Shown here piece after piece: positions 9,096 through 18,939 of a stretch of DNA of 64,000 bases; the stretch's first letter is position 1, and each line of letters starts with the position of its first letter. A program made the translations under genes and the position numbers. The notes beneath the pieces are model-generated. The model was not told the DNA's origin. It ran no database searches and saw only the letters and a program-made list of their open reading frames with translations. Source of the DNA: Giardia intestinalis (lineage: Eukaryota); NCBI GenBank assembly GCA_000002435.2, contig CM018789.1. One strand, given 5' to 3'.

Positions 9096-10124
9096 ATGCC
9101 AACCCAATATCGACAGATAAAAATGTCGGCTACCGTGGATAACTGCTTTCTGCGTGTCCACGAGGAGATTGGTGACATCAAGGGAGCCATGTGTGACCCA
9201 ACGAATCTCTTCATAGCTGTGAGCGCCAGCGGTGAAGCATACATCACCAAGGACTCCACATTCTTACTGCCCTTAATTCAAGAGGGTATAGAGAGCCTTT
9301 TGCTGTCATCGGCTGCAAACGGCTCGGTAAGCTTTCTGGGCTGGTTTGTCCCGCCTACTGCCTCGCCAGAGTCAGTAACGTTGCAGACAGATTCTATTTT
9401 ACGACCTGGCATGTCTGCCATCTTTAGCGTGCGAATGGACCTCGGTGATCTAGAGAGTGTTGCTCACCAGATAGGTGGAAAGGTTGTCTTGTCTGATGGG
9501 CTAACAAGCCTTTGCACAGAACCCGGAGTTGGGTCTCTCCTTCACTCCATAATGTTGGCCAAATTCCTAGCAAGCTGCATGTACTGTAGCGTATGTGGCA
9601 AACGTTTAACTATGCTCGATACCCGTGGCCTTGCTCAAGAATGTAAAGCATGCGCTAAGGAGTATTTCCTCCCCATTCGACCCTATGTGTGTGGGTTGAT
9701 AATTCATGACAACCGGATCTTGCTAACACCCAAGAGTGCCACTGAGGCCCTGTGGGGACTGCCCCTGTTTGAGCTGGAAGTTTGCGAAACGCCATTGAGT
9801 GCTTTGCTTGTCAATCTTTATGATGTCACAGCGGTGAATATTAGGCAGTACATGCACTCAGCAGTGGCTCTGGATATCACAATTTCCTCTGTCGATATCT
9901 CTGGCCTCGTCACTGCCTGGAAAGTCTGTATAGCTAGAGGGTTTGAGCCGCGCGATAGCAAGTGCGCATGCTGGTTTACTAAGGAGCAGTGTACAGAGTT
10001 ACTGAGCAGCATGGGGTTAACCGAGAAATCTATTGACGGGTTTTTGTTGAGAGAGTGGATTAATGGAACTCTTAATAGTTACGTGGCCAGCATTCCTCCT
10101 CCTTTCGACAACATTGGAATGTAA
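9096..10124 (+). CDS. NudC/NUDT12-like protein: C4 zinc ribbon followed by a degenerate (probably catalytically inactive) Nudix fold
   Basis: CMYCSVCGKRLTMLDTRGLAQECKACAKEYFLPIRPYVCGLIIHDNRILL aligns by eye to NudC [46 protein letters not shown]. The following segment WGLPLFELEVCETPLSALLVNLYDV sits where the Nudix box GX5EX7REUXEEXGU should be but lacks the RE..EE residues. Confidence 0.4.
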   Translation: MPTQYRQIKMSATVDNCFLRVHEEIGDIKGAMCDPTNLFIAVSASGEAYITKDSTFLLPLIQEGIESLLLSSAANGSVSFLGWFVPPTASPESVTLQTDSILRPGMSAIFSVRMDLGDLESVAHQIGGKVVLSDGLTSLCTEPGVGSLLHSIMLAKFLASCMYCSVCGKRLTMLDTRGLAQECKACAKEYFLPIRPYVCGLIIHDNRILLTPKSATEALWGLPLFELEVCETPLSALLVNLYDVTAVNIRQYMHSAVALDITISSVDISGLVTAWKVCIARGFEPRDSKCACWFTKEQCTELLSSMGLTEKSIDGFLLREWINGTLNSYVASIPPPFDNIGM

Positions 10125-10126
10125 AG

Positions 10127-12118
10127 TTATTTCTTCAGCTTTCGCTTCTCTGCGTGGGCGTAGGCGTCGTCTGCATCAAGGCCCTGGTCCTCAGTGGTGA
10201 ATTCGGGAACTAGGTGGCGGCCGTAAAAATGCGTGAGTTTGATGCGGTTGAGGGCCACCTCTGCTTCTTTTTCTGTAGCGTACTGGACAAACGCAAATCC
10301 ACGCAGCCTTCCGTCAAGCTTCTTGGGCGCTCTGAAGGAGACAACTCTACCAAACTGAGACACCAGCTGCTTTAGTTCTTTGCCGTTTGCCTGGAAAGCT
10401 AAGTTCTTGATTATGAGCTTTGTTGTAGCGCCGGCTTCTGCAGCATGTTGGGCTATCTCCCCATCGTTACCTCGTGCAAGAGACGCTGACCATTTGTGCC
10501 CATCGAGGGTTATATTGGATATTTTGTCGATTGCTTCTTGTGCTGCTGCCTTCGTCAAAAACTCTGCAAAGCCGTAGCCCTTGTGGCCGTGGGCATGGAG
10601 AACCAAACGGCACGATGCATTTTTAGGCAAATCCTTTATAATAGCGTAAACACGATCTGGAGTCGTTGAAAAGGAGATGTTTTTGATGTAGATTGTTGTG
10701 GGTGCCTCTCTCTTAGGTAGAGGAGCTGTACTTGTGCCCTCGCAGTCTTGGTTTTTCTGCTGTGTCTGACTGCCATCATCTTTTATCTGATCGACAGTGT
10801 TCTGCATCATCGCAAACTCGAGAAACATTGGTACCTTCAGCTTGCCAACACGCTTAAATGCAAGCATATTGAAAGCCTTCCTGGCATCTTGGGGCGCTCC
10901 CATTTCAACAATGGCGAACCCGGGACACGGCTGGATACACCGAAGAACAGCTCCGTACTGCTCAAACTGCTGAGATATTTCGGAGATATCGACGTCTCCA
11001 GGAAGATTCTTACAAAGTATCACTGTCTTGCTTCTTTGAGTATCAGTGGCCCGCACTGCTTCGTCTACAATTAGAATCCCATGAGTCTTAAGAATAGCTG
11101 TTGCCTCCTCCACCAAATGGGCTTCTGCAACGGCAAGACCCACTGCATTAGAGGCCAGAGCCGTCTGATCAAGGTTGAGCCGCTCTGCAGCGACGGAGGC
11201 TACTGTGTTCGACCTCATATATGATGGATTCCACGCTAGCTTATTGTGCTTATCTAGACCCTTTACTAGATATTCCTTGTGGGAGCCCGGCAGAATAATA
11301 GCGCGTGCAGGAGTTATGCGAACAACCTTGCCATTGATGATGGTATCTCGTTGCTTCTTAGCTCTGAATGCAGCCTCTGGAAGGCAAAACGTTACAAAGC
11401 CCACGCCAGTCGGCTTGTGCGTCAACTTGTCCAAGCACACCACCGCCTCAGAGATTTCCCCGTAGGAACTAAAGTGCTGAAGCAGATGGTCCTCTGTGGT
11501 AACGTTGGCAAGCCCCGTCAGTTTGATCCTGACAGCATCAATCTCAATGTCATTTGTATCGATGAGATCCTGACCGTAGTCCTCTGTTGCTGCCTGACCG
11601 TCCTCTGTCTTCACCTGGGAGTTATCACCGGCACCCGCCTCTTCGGGCGCATCACTAGTACTGCCCTGTTGGCTATCTGTGTCACGTGCAACGCACACTA
11701 CGTTATCTTCCCATGAGCGTTGACCGGCAATCTGGATGTATTCTTGCAGCTTCTTACCGCCTTCCTTCCGCATTTGTTCGATGAGTTCGCGTGCTCCACC
11801 CTGGTGTTTAGCCAGACGCTCTTGATGCCGCCTTTCACGGTCCTCCTCTCTGAGCTTTTGCTCGGCCTCAATAGCACTGCGAGAAAGGGCCTTTTCGACG
11901 CTTATTCGAGACGTGCGAATGTATGAATGATTCAGTTTCGCAATGGCCTTGTTTGCAGACGCCTCATCTAGAAATCCCACGTATGCTACTCTCCGTGATG
12001 TTCCGTCCTCCTTGAGGAGGAGGCGAATCTCTGTTATGGGTCCAATGCTCTGAAAGTGCTTCTGGATGTCTGATTCTGTGGCCTTTTTGGCTAGGTTCTT
12101 CACAAACACACGAGACAT
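10127..12118 (-). CDS. Multiple-RRM RNA-binding protein, Mrd1/RBM19-like (pre-rRNA processing)
   Basis: N-terminal RRM VFVKNLAKKATESDIQKHFQSIGPI. C-terminal RRM IIKNLAFQANGKELKQLVSQFGRVVSFRAPKKLDGRLRGFAFVQYATEKEAEVAL...HFYGRHLV closely matches the last RRM of Mrd1. Confidence 0.65.
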   Translation of the reverse strand: MSRVFVKNLAKKATESDIQKHFQSIGPITEIRLLLKEDGTSRRVAYVGFLDEASANKAIAKLNHSYIRTSRISVEKALSRSAIEAEQKLREEDRERRHQERLAKHQGGARELIEQMRKEGGKKLQEYIQIAGQRSWEDNVVCVARDTDSQQGSTSDAPEEAGAGDNSQVKTEDGQAATEDYGQDLIDTNDIEIDAVRIKLTGLANVTTEDHLLQHFSSYGEISEAVVCLDKLTHKPTGVGFVTFCLPEAAFRAKKQRDTIINGKVVRITPARAIILPGSHKEYLVKGLDKHNKLAWNPSYMRSNTVASVAAERLNLDQTALASNAVGLAVAEAHLVEEATAILKTHGILIVDEAVRATDTQRSKTVILCKNLPGDVDISEISQQFEQYGAVLRCIQPCPGFAIVEMGAPQDARKAFNMLAFKRVGKLKVPMFLEFAMMQNTVDQIKDDGSQTQQKNQDCEGTSTAPLPKREAPTTIYIKNISFSTTPDRVYAIIKDLPKNASCRLVLHAHGHKGYGFAEFLTKAAAQEAIDKISNITLDGHKWSASLARGNDGEIAQHAAEAGATTKLIIKNLAFQANGKELKQLVSQFGRVVSFRAPKKLDGRLRGFAFVQYATEKEAEVALNRIKLTHFYGRHLVPEFTTEDQGLDADDAYAHAEKRKLKK

Positions 12119-12182
12119 CGAGGCTATTTACAAAAATGCATTTCAATCGAGTACTTCGACAAGGTAGCTACTGCCCTTTGGG

Positions 12183-13124
12183 TTATAGGGCACGACCTTT
12201 TCCCTTGAACTTCTTGGACTCGAGGGCTTTCTTCACGTTGAAGTGACTCTCTTCCTCCATGTTTGCTAACATATCTAGATCGCTCTTCACAGACTTTATA
12301 GTACTTGGCTTGATGTCTGAAAGCTTTTGGGTCAAATCCACCCTCATTGCCGACTTCTCTGCGGAGGGATGTCCTGGCTGAGTTGCCTCAGTCAATGAAG
12401 CAATCGCCTTCCCTCGGCCATCTAGCCTCCTACCCCCAACAAATCCCATGGCTTCATCGGCTTTTTTAGATTCTTCTAGACGCTTCTTTTCCATATACTT
12501 CCTTTTCTGCTCCTCCAGGTATTCTGTATAACCCACGGGCTCAGCAAATTCCACTGTAATGTTAGTATTGAGAAGTGACACGGCCACGTCAGGTTTTGTA
12601 TCAAGAATCTTTATGTCATATTTGATGCCGGCATGCTCAAACCGCAAATATTGGCCCCTCATTATGCAGCTGAAGTTGGGGAGAAGATTTGTCAACACTG
12701 CTTCGGGGTCGTCGATTTCAAGAAATTTGGTGGACTGAGGCTGGATTTTCATGAAGGTTCCCGGCTCAAGGTTTATAGACGCAATGACCACGGAATCTCC
12801 TGGACGAATGTTGCAATACTCCATGATCCAGGACGGAGCGTAAAGCAGTGTGTTTGCACCACTAAAGTCCAGGACACCGCAGTGAATAACGATCTTATGT
12901 GCCGGGGAGTGTATTCTGAAGTGCATGCCTTTTCCCTCCTCTATTATATTCTTGTCGAGGAGACGTTGGAGAATGTCATGCCCCAAGATTATCTTCCCTC
13001 CATTTTCAAACGTCTCCCTGTTAGGAATATGGATTGTCCTCGGATCTCCCACTGTGTAGATTTCAACAAATTGTAGGCCCATTTGGATACGATGTGAGGG
13101 TTGACCTCTGATCGAGGAGATCAT
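12183..13124 (-). CDS. UFD1: Ubiquitin fusion degradation protein UFD1
   Basis: HCGVLDFSGANTLLYAPSWIMEYCNIRPGDSVVIASINLEPGTFMKIQPQSTKFLEIDDPEAVLTNLLPNFSCIMRGQYLRFEHAGIKYDIKILDTKPDVAVSLLNTNITVEFAEPVGY matches the UFD1 double-psi beta-barrel region. Confidence 0.7.
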   Translation of the reverse strand: MISSIRGQPSHRIQMGLQFVEIYTVGDPRTIHIPNRETFENGGKIILGHDILQRLLDKNIIEEGKGMHFRIHSPAHKIVIHCGVLDFSGANTLLYAPSWIMEYCNIRPGDSVVIASINLEPGTFMKIQPQSTKFLEIDDPEAVLTNLLPNFSCIMRGQYLRFEHAGIKYDIKILDTKPDVAVSLLNTNITVEFAEPVGYTEYLEEQKRKYMEKKRLEESKKADEAMGFVGGRRLDGRGKAIASLTEATQPGHPSAEKSAMRVDLTQKLSDIKPSTIKSVKSDLDMLANMEEESHFNVKKALESKKFKGKGRAL

Positions 13125-13733
13125 GGATTTTTATTAAGCTCGTTTACTGCCCTTGCGCCATGACCCATTTGTTGCACCCACTCACTGGACAGCTACAAGG
13201 GGGACTTTTGCTGGACGGCAAGGCCTTAAGTCTGCCTAAGATGGGTAATTACGTGTCGCCAAGCTGAGCTTCTGCCTGCGCAAATGAGGGATAACGAGAG
13301 ATACATAAGGGACATTGACAATATAACGACATGTTTACTGCCTAACTCACGCCTTTTCTGGCAGATGGGCTACTAGTGGAGGAACCCGACGACGCCCTCG
13401 GCTTGTCCTTGTTGTGGAACGCACCCTTGGAGCCGGCCACGCGCAGAAGATAGGCCCCTCTGCTCAGACCCACGGCCTCCTGTCTTTGGCACTGAGCCCC
13501 AGCACCACAGGGTTGCGATGGGATGCGTGATGCAACGCGGGACTAAGCAGCCACTTGTTGACAATTCAGCTGAATCCTCCCAAGCTCCAGTGTCTGCTCT
13601 TCGTTCCGCTTACTTCTTCAGAGCAAGGTAGTTAACCACGCTGAGATAGGATATACCTACAATTTTCCATAATTTACAATCACATATTTAACATAATAAC
13701 GGCAATCGTATTCCGTTTTCAAGGTACATTAAG

Positions 13734-16442
13734 CTATGAATGCCCCCAACCGCCAGGTTGCGTAAGTGCATCAGTTGGGCCATGAGTTGACAGCCACGGA
13801 TGCTCCAGCATTTGAGTCGCAGAAGGCCGCTTTTTATGGTCGACGGTAAGCAGTTGTTCTAGGAAGCTTCCTGCTAGACACGCCTCCTCCCTTGTGAACC
13901 CAGTCTGCTCCAGACGAAGCTGCAAAGAGAAGTGTGCCGTGGCATCAAGGTACTTCTTTGTACACTCATCTTCCAAAAGCGAAAGCCCCAAGGGTGACGC
14001 CTGAAAGTATTCAGTACCAGGGAACGGAACAGTAGCAAGGATGTCACACATATGCTGGGCATCACTAATGTGTTTACCACTGGACATGTCAACTGTCGGG
14101 AAGAGTATGTGGCCCGTAAGAAACTCGTAGATAACACACCCTACAGACCAAACATCTGCCTTTTCATCAAAAGGAAGTCCCAGTATAACTTCCGGCGCAC
14201 GGTATGGAGCGGTCTGGATAAGAGGTGGTTGGGTATCTCCAAGACGGTGACTATTCCCCAAGTCAATTAGCTTAACAGAAAACATTTCCGGCAATAGAGG
14301 TATGAGGTGATCTGTATCCGGGTATGCCACCATAATTGGCCTATAAAGAGCCGTGTCGGTGGCAGAAGAAATGATACAACCACAAATAGCATCATCGAAG
14401 GGAGGAATCCCCTCTCCGTCTGCAGAGGAATCGTGTTCAACAGACCACTCGCTGCTTATCTGAGACCCTTGACGTGTGTGTGTCCGCGAGCACTCATGGC
14501 TGTAGCTTGTAGACACAAAGGAAGCAGCCATTGACGCGGTCTCATTGCTACCATTCACTTCTCCCGTGCATGTTTCCGGACGAGCAGGAGGCCGGCTCTG
14601 TCCCCAAGGGTTACTTGTGAATGATCCGCCAATGTTGATGTGGTGGTGATCTGACATGTAGTAGTCATCATAGCAACAATTCAGCATTGCTAAGTATGAT
14701 GAAAATGCATACCTTGACTGTTTATAGACCGCAATGGATGCTGCTTTGCGAGGATCAAAATGCTTGAGCTCCACCACTATGTCATCAATGCAGTCAACAG
14801 AGCCCTTCCTAGCCACGGCGAATTGGTGTCCGTTAACAATTACGTGATTATAGGGATCGAGACCTTCTTGGATATGCAAGGTCTTACCCCTCATGTAACC
14901 GTTGAGCACGATAGGTACTGACATGCATGTAGGAAGCTCTATAGAATGGGTTTGGAGATATTCATCAGCGGTCCTCTTGTGGGCAAGAAGGATTTTCTTC
15001 AGTGTCACAGGCAAAGCCAGTTCCGCGGCAGCAAGCTTTTTAAGTAATGGGACGGCCGAGAGAGCGTCAATACTAATAACTGTCGCTTCATCGAGAAGGT
15101 GCACGCAAATATGCTCGTCGTCGTTTATTCTAGGTAGAGGAGCACGTAGGGTGGTGCTAGCCTTTTTTAGGATACGCTGCGGCTGTACATCACCATCAAC
15201 ATCGGCCTCTTTTGTCTGTTGTGTAGTCTCAATACATATGTTAAATGGAGAAGAAGTGGTCCCTCTTAGCTTTAGTAAGACAGTCTTACAAATAGAGGTC
15301 AGAGAGTTCCAAAATTGCTCTTGAGACTCCTCAGTTGATGGAATATTCTTATATGAATACAGTGCGTCCAAGTGAATCGCTGTTTTGGATAGGGAGGTCT
15401 CGTCAATGAGTAGGCCAAACTTCCTTTCTAGATTATCTGGGTATGGTACAATGCGAAACAGAAGATCCGCAGCGTAGAGGGCGTCGTGGAGCGGGTAGCT
15501 ACTAGAACTGTAAATATTCCCCGGTCCTTCCACAACTTGCAAGGACGTATTGTCAAGAAGATCATCCAGTGATCCGTGGTGGTCCGAACGGACGGTAGTT
15601 TGGGGGCTGACTGATTGTAAGTATGCTGCTATTTCCATCTGTTCAAGCCCGGATAGGCTCACAAAGTCAGCGGTGCTTGGCGCTACCGCTGTTGTTCGTA
15701 GTCTACAATCAAAGACAGGTGTGTCCAGTGTTCGAAGCTCCGAGAGGGTATACTTCAAACACAGATTCTCGGGCTTCACATCAGTGTGCACATACCCGGC
15801 AGCGTGAACGTAACCGAGAGCGACCAGTAGATGGCGGGCAAAAGTCTTTACTATCGGCACAGGGATTGCAGGCCGCGAAGAACGCCTTCGGGTGTATTGC
15901 TGCAAGAAACGATAAGTGGAGCACCCAAGAAACTCTACCACAAGACAGACGTGTTTAGAATTGGGCGGGGCGGGGTGGCGAAATACATCGTAGACAGCTT
16001 GAAGAGGCAAAGCCTCGATAGACGGGAAGCTGTCAGAGAAAAGCTCAGAGACCTTCGAATGAATTTTGCACATGACGTCATATTCATTTCGGGCTACGTT
16101 CCAATCTTCAGGATTGGAGCGTGAGATCTTGATTGCTCTAAGAGTACCGGATACCATATCAACAGCTGCCCAAACAGTGGAGAACTTCCCATACCCAATT
16201 TTCCGCAGAACCTTATAACGGTCGTGTAGGATCTCCCCTGGCGTAATACGACAAAACCCGCCCTCCTGGTAGGCGATTGTGCCCTCATCGATGGTGTGAT
16301 GTATAACGGTCTTTGTAGGTATCACAGACGCCAACGGAGCATGCTCGAGAACGGTATGTTTAGCATTATAGTGCAGAGCATCTAAAGCAGCTTCTTCTGG
16401 CTGCGATACATAGGCCGTTCCGCGGAGAGGGGCCCAAGCCAT
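13734..16442 (-). CDS. SRPK/CLK-like (CMGC group) protein kinase with a ~440-aa spacer inserted in the catalytic domain
   Basis: YKVLRKIGYGKFSTVWAAVD (Gly loop), AIKI, HTDVKPENLCLKY (catalytic loop), then a long insert, then LIDLGNS...APEVILGLPFDEKADVWSVGCVIYEFLTGHILF...HPWL. The track start at 16505 is TTG; the first ATG is at 16442 (MAWAPLRG). Confidence 0.6.
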   Translation of the reverse strand: MAWAPLRGTAYVSQPEEAALDALHYNAKHTVLEHAPLASVIPTKTVIHHTIDEGTIAYQEGGFCRITPGEILHDRYKVLRKIGYGKFSTVWAAVDMVSGTLRAIKISRSNPEDWNVARNEYDVMCKIHSKVSELFSDSFPSIEALPLQAVYDVFRHPAPPNSKHVCLVVEFLGCSTYRFLQQYTRRRSSRPAIPVPIVKTFARHLLVALGYVHAAGYVHTDVKPENLCLKYTLSELRTLDTPVFDCRLRTTAVAPSTADFVSLSGLEQMEIAAYLQSVSPQTTVRSDHHGSLDDLLDNTSLQVVEGPGNIYSSSSYPLHDALYAADLLFRIVPYPDNLERKFGLLIDETSLSKTAIHLDALYSYKNIPSTEESQEQFWNSLTSICKTVLLKLRGTTSSPFNICIETTQQTKEADVDGDVQPQRILKKASTTLRAPLPRINDDEHICVHLLDEATVISIDALSAVPLLKKLAAAELALPVTLKKILLAHKRTADEYLQTHSIELPTCMSVPIVLNGYMRGKTLHIQEGLDPYNHVIVNGHQFAVARKGSVDCIDDIVVELKHFDPRKAASIAVYKQSRYAFSSYLAMLNCCYDDYYMSDHHHINIGGSFTSNPWGQSRPPARPETCTGEVNGSNETASMAASFVSTSYSHECSRTHTRQGSQISSEWSVEHDSSADGEGIPPFDDAICGCIISSATDTALYRPIMVAYPDTDHLIPLLPEMFSVKLIDLGNSHRLGDTQPPLIQTAPYRAPEVILGLPFDEKADVWSVGCVIYEFLTGHILFPTVDMSSGKHISDAQHMCDILATVPFPGTEYFQASPLGLSLLEDECTKKYLDATAHFSLQLRLEQTGFTREEACLAGSFLEQLLTVDHKKRPSATQMLEHPWLSTHGPTDALTQPGGWGHS

Positions 16443-16485
16443 GGCTGTTTTCACATTTTTTGGTAGAGTACCAATTTTCTTTGGT

Positions 16486-18897
16486 CTAGAAATCGTCAAA
16501 TGCAATCTCCACGGGACCCAAGTCGCCGTATAAGTTCATAGATGGAGAACGGCTAATTCCACCACCTTGCGAGTTGGTGTGCAAACTATCGGCATTGTTG
16601 GCAGTAAGTTCACCTGTCCGTAGACCCACATCTGAAAAGTCATCAAAGTCGTTGGCATAGCTAACGTTTTCATAAGCACTCTTTTGGTCCATGGCTGATG
16701 CACTTGTCGAGTTAGTAGGAGAATGGTGAACAGTGTACGTCATCCCTCCAGCTGTGACAAGCGTTGCAGTCTTCTGTGGGGCTGCCGATGGCAGCTTTTC
16801 CTCATTTAGTGCGGTGTGTACGCTTGTGCTTAACTGGCTACGTGGCTGCTCGACTAGTTGACGCGAGGCAGCTAGATCACTGTGTGCCGATTCATCGAAG
16901 GTCATTGAGTATTGATATGACCCCTCTTTTAGTACCGATCCGTTCACTGCAGTAGCTTCCACAATCGTAACAGATTTTCTGATTGGAGAGGAGCTCTTGA
17001 AACTATCATCAGCCAAAGCCTGCTGCTTAATTGGAGACTTCTGCAATGAATCAGAATACCTTCCCACATCTACCGCCGGGTCAGATGCATTCGACCTTTC
17101 GCTAAACTTGCTCAGGGATGTCCTTCCACTAAGGTCCCTATTGATCGGAGACAGAGCATTGCAACCTTGAGTGACAGGATCTGGTGACTCTGAAAAGGCC
17201 TCTTCAAGTGCGTGCACCTGTGCCTTTGAATGGGAGATCGACCCTATTTTGGAGTCCCCAAAGGCCTTCACCGACATAGTCGACTTATAGGACGGCCGAT
17301 CAGGGAGCTCTCCGCACGGCGGGGCAGAACCGGGTCGGACAGTTGTCTGCAGTGTTGAGGCTCTAGAAGGGGAGAAGCCATCGATTATGGGAAATACCGA
17401 GTATCCAACAGCCTGGGTGTTGGGCTGTTGGGAGTCCTTCAGGGGTGTCGCGTCTGACCGAGGATCACTTAAGTAAATATCGCTAGCGAGACATGCGCCA
17501 TGAGCATCTGCGGCAGGATCTATGGCCTGCAATTCAGGAGCCGGTGTCCCTTGATAAATAAGGTTCGGATTTGGAGGAACATGGAACTGCGACTGTCTGT
17601 CTGCTGTAAGCCTGGAAAATGGCCTGCTATAGTCTTCAAACTGTTGCAATTGCCTCAGGGCATGATTATCATGTTGACCTTGGGTGCGATACCTTGGGTT
17701 GGAATACATTGGAGGTGGTACGGTTCCAGGGTTGAAGTGACTAATTGGGCGGGACGCTTGGTGCTGTTGCTGCCGCAAATATAAATGCTGCTGCCGCAAA
17801 TAGTTGTTGTCTTGTGATCCTTGGTAGTTCCCGGAGTTGCCCTCATCGGATAGTCCACTCTCATAGTTCATGTTAGGAGATGGCCCCATATTAATGGGGG
17901 GTTCGGGTAGATAAGTATTTGTGAACGGTGAGTAATCGGGGGGCGCATTTTGGAGTTGGCGAAAGTGACCTGTTGGACGAGAATCAGCTGTAGGTGGGAA
18001 GGGAAGACAGGGAGGAAGCATAGGAGCCGGAGCACCTGGCATCCCTACCTGAGAACTATAGTATCTTGCTACAGACTCGTAAAGCTTTAAAGTTTCTTCC
18101 AGAGCTATTATTCGTCGCTGCATGACAGCCATTTCATTGTCTGCAGCCTTCCTTTGATCGTTTGATGAATCTATCACTGATTGAAGATCAGCTATTCTAG
18201 CTTGCAAATCTCTGTTTTCCGCTTGAACAGTAGCAATAGTCTCTTCTCTACTCAAGATTTGCTTAGTCATGGAAGAGAGATCAGCCTCACGCGCCTGAAC
18301 AGCCAGTTCTCGTTGGGCTAGGTCTTCTTGTCTGGAAGCAAAGGTCTTCGTTGCATCCTCAAGGCGCTTCTGCTCAGCAAGCATGACTCGGCGATCGGCC
18401 TCATAATGCTCTCGCTCGGCCGCACGGGCATTCCGTTCTGCGTTGAGGACGTTTGTTATGGCGTTCAGGGCCAACTTGTGCTCCGCTGTTAACGATTGTA
18501 AAGCCTGCTCCAGGGCAATACGGTGCTCTTTGGTACATTCTGCTCGGACGCGTGCTGATATTTCGCGAGCCGAGGGGGCAGTTTGAATGCTCTCGTAGAA
18601 GATAGATATGGGGTCGAATTTGGCTTCGTTCCTAATAGGGTCTGTTTGGGTGGACACAGAGAATACATCCTGCTTCGAATCATTTCTACTCTCGCGAACA
18701 ACATCCTTGATGACAGGTTGGCGCAATTTATCGGAGCATCCCGGTATCAAGGCCTGTGTTGGTTCTGTCTCAGGTACACCAGACCCCGTCAACCCCTCAA
18801 AGTATTGCTGGAAGGACGGTGCTAAAACAGATCGAATGAAGTCACAACCAGATCCTTTTGCCATGCCTGCCAGAAATAAATCTGGGCGAGGATCCAT
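16486..18897 (-). CDS. Coiled-coil protein with a long Q/N/P/Y-rich low-complexity C-terminal half
   Basis: Heptad-rich segment LEQALQSLTAEHKLALNAITNVLNAERNARAAEREHYEADRRVMLAEQKRLEDATK...IIALEETLKLYE. Then PPDYSPF, NYQGSQDNNYLRQQHLYLRQQQHQ. The track start at 18909 is TTG; the first ATG is at 18897, preceded by AT-rich ttttaaactcaagc. Confidence 0.5.
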   Translation of the reverse strand: MDPRPDLFLAGMAKGSGCDFIRSVLAPSFQQYFEGLTGSGVPETEPTQALIPGCSDKLRQPVIKDVVRESRNDSKQDVFSVSTQTDPIRNEAKFDPISIFYESIQTAPSAREISARVRAECTKEHRIALEQALQSLTAEHKLALNAITNVLNAERNARAAEREHYEADRRVMLAEQKRLEDATKTFASRQEDLAQRELAVQAREADLSSMTKQILSREETIATVQAENRDLQARIADLQSVIDSSNDQRKAADNEMAVMQRRIIALEETLKLYESVARYYSSQVGMPGAPAPMLPPCLPFPPTADSRPTGHFRQLQNAPPDYSPFTNTYLPEPPINMGPSPNMNYESGLSDEGNSGNYQGSQDNNYLRQQHLYLRQQQHQASRPISHFNPGTVPPPMYSNPRYRTQGQHDNHALRQLQQFEDYSRPFSRLTADRQSQFHVPPNPNLIYQGTPAPELQAIDPAADAHGACLASDIYLSDPRSDATPLKDSQQPNTQAVGYSVFPIIDGFSPSRASTLQTTVRPGSAPPCGELPDRPSYKSTMSVKAFGDSKIGSISHSKAQVHALEEAFSESPDPVTQGCNALSPINRDLSGRTSLSKFSERSNASDPAVDVGRYSDSLQKSPIKQQALADDSFKSSSPIRKSVTIVEATAVNGSVLKEGSYQYSMTFDESAHSDLAASRQLVEQPRSQLSTSVHTALNEEKLPSAAPQKTATLVTAGGMTYTVHHSPTNSTSASAMDQKSAYENVSYANDFDDFSDVGLRTGELTANNADSLHTNSQGGGISRSPSMNLYGDLGPVEIAFDDF

Positions 18898-18939
18898 TTT
18901 TAAACTCAAGCAACAAAGTGCATTTACAGAACCATAGCC

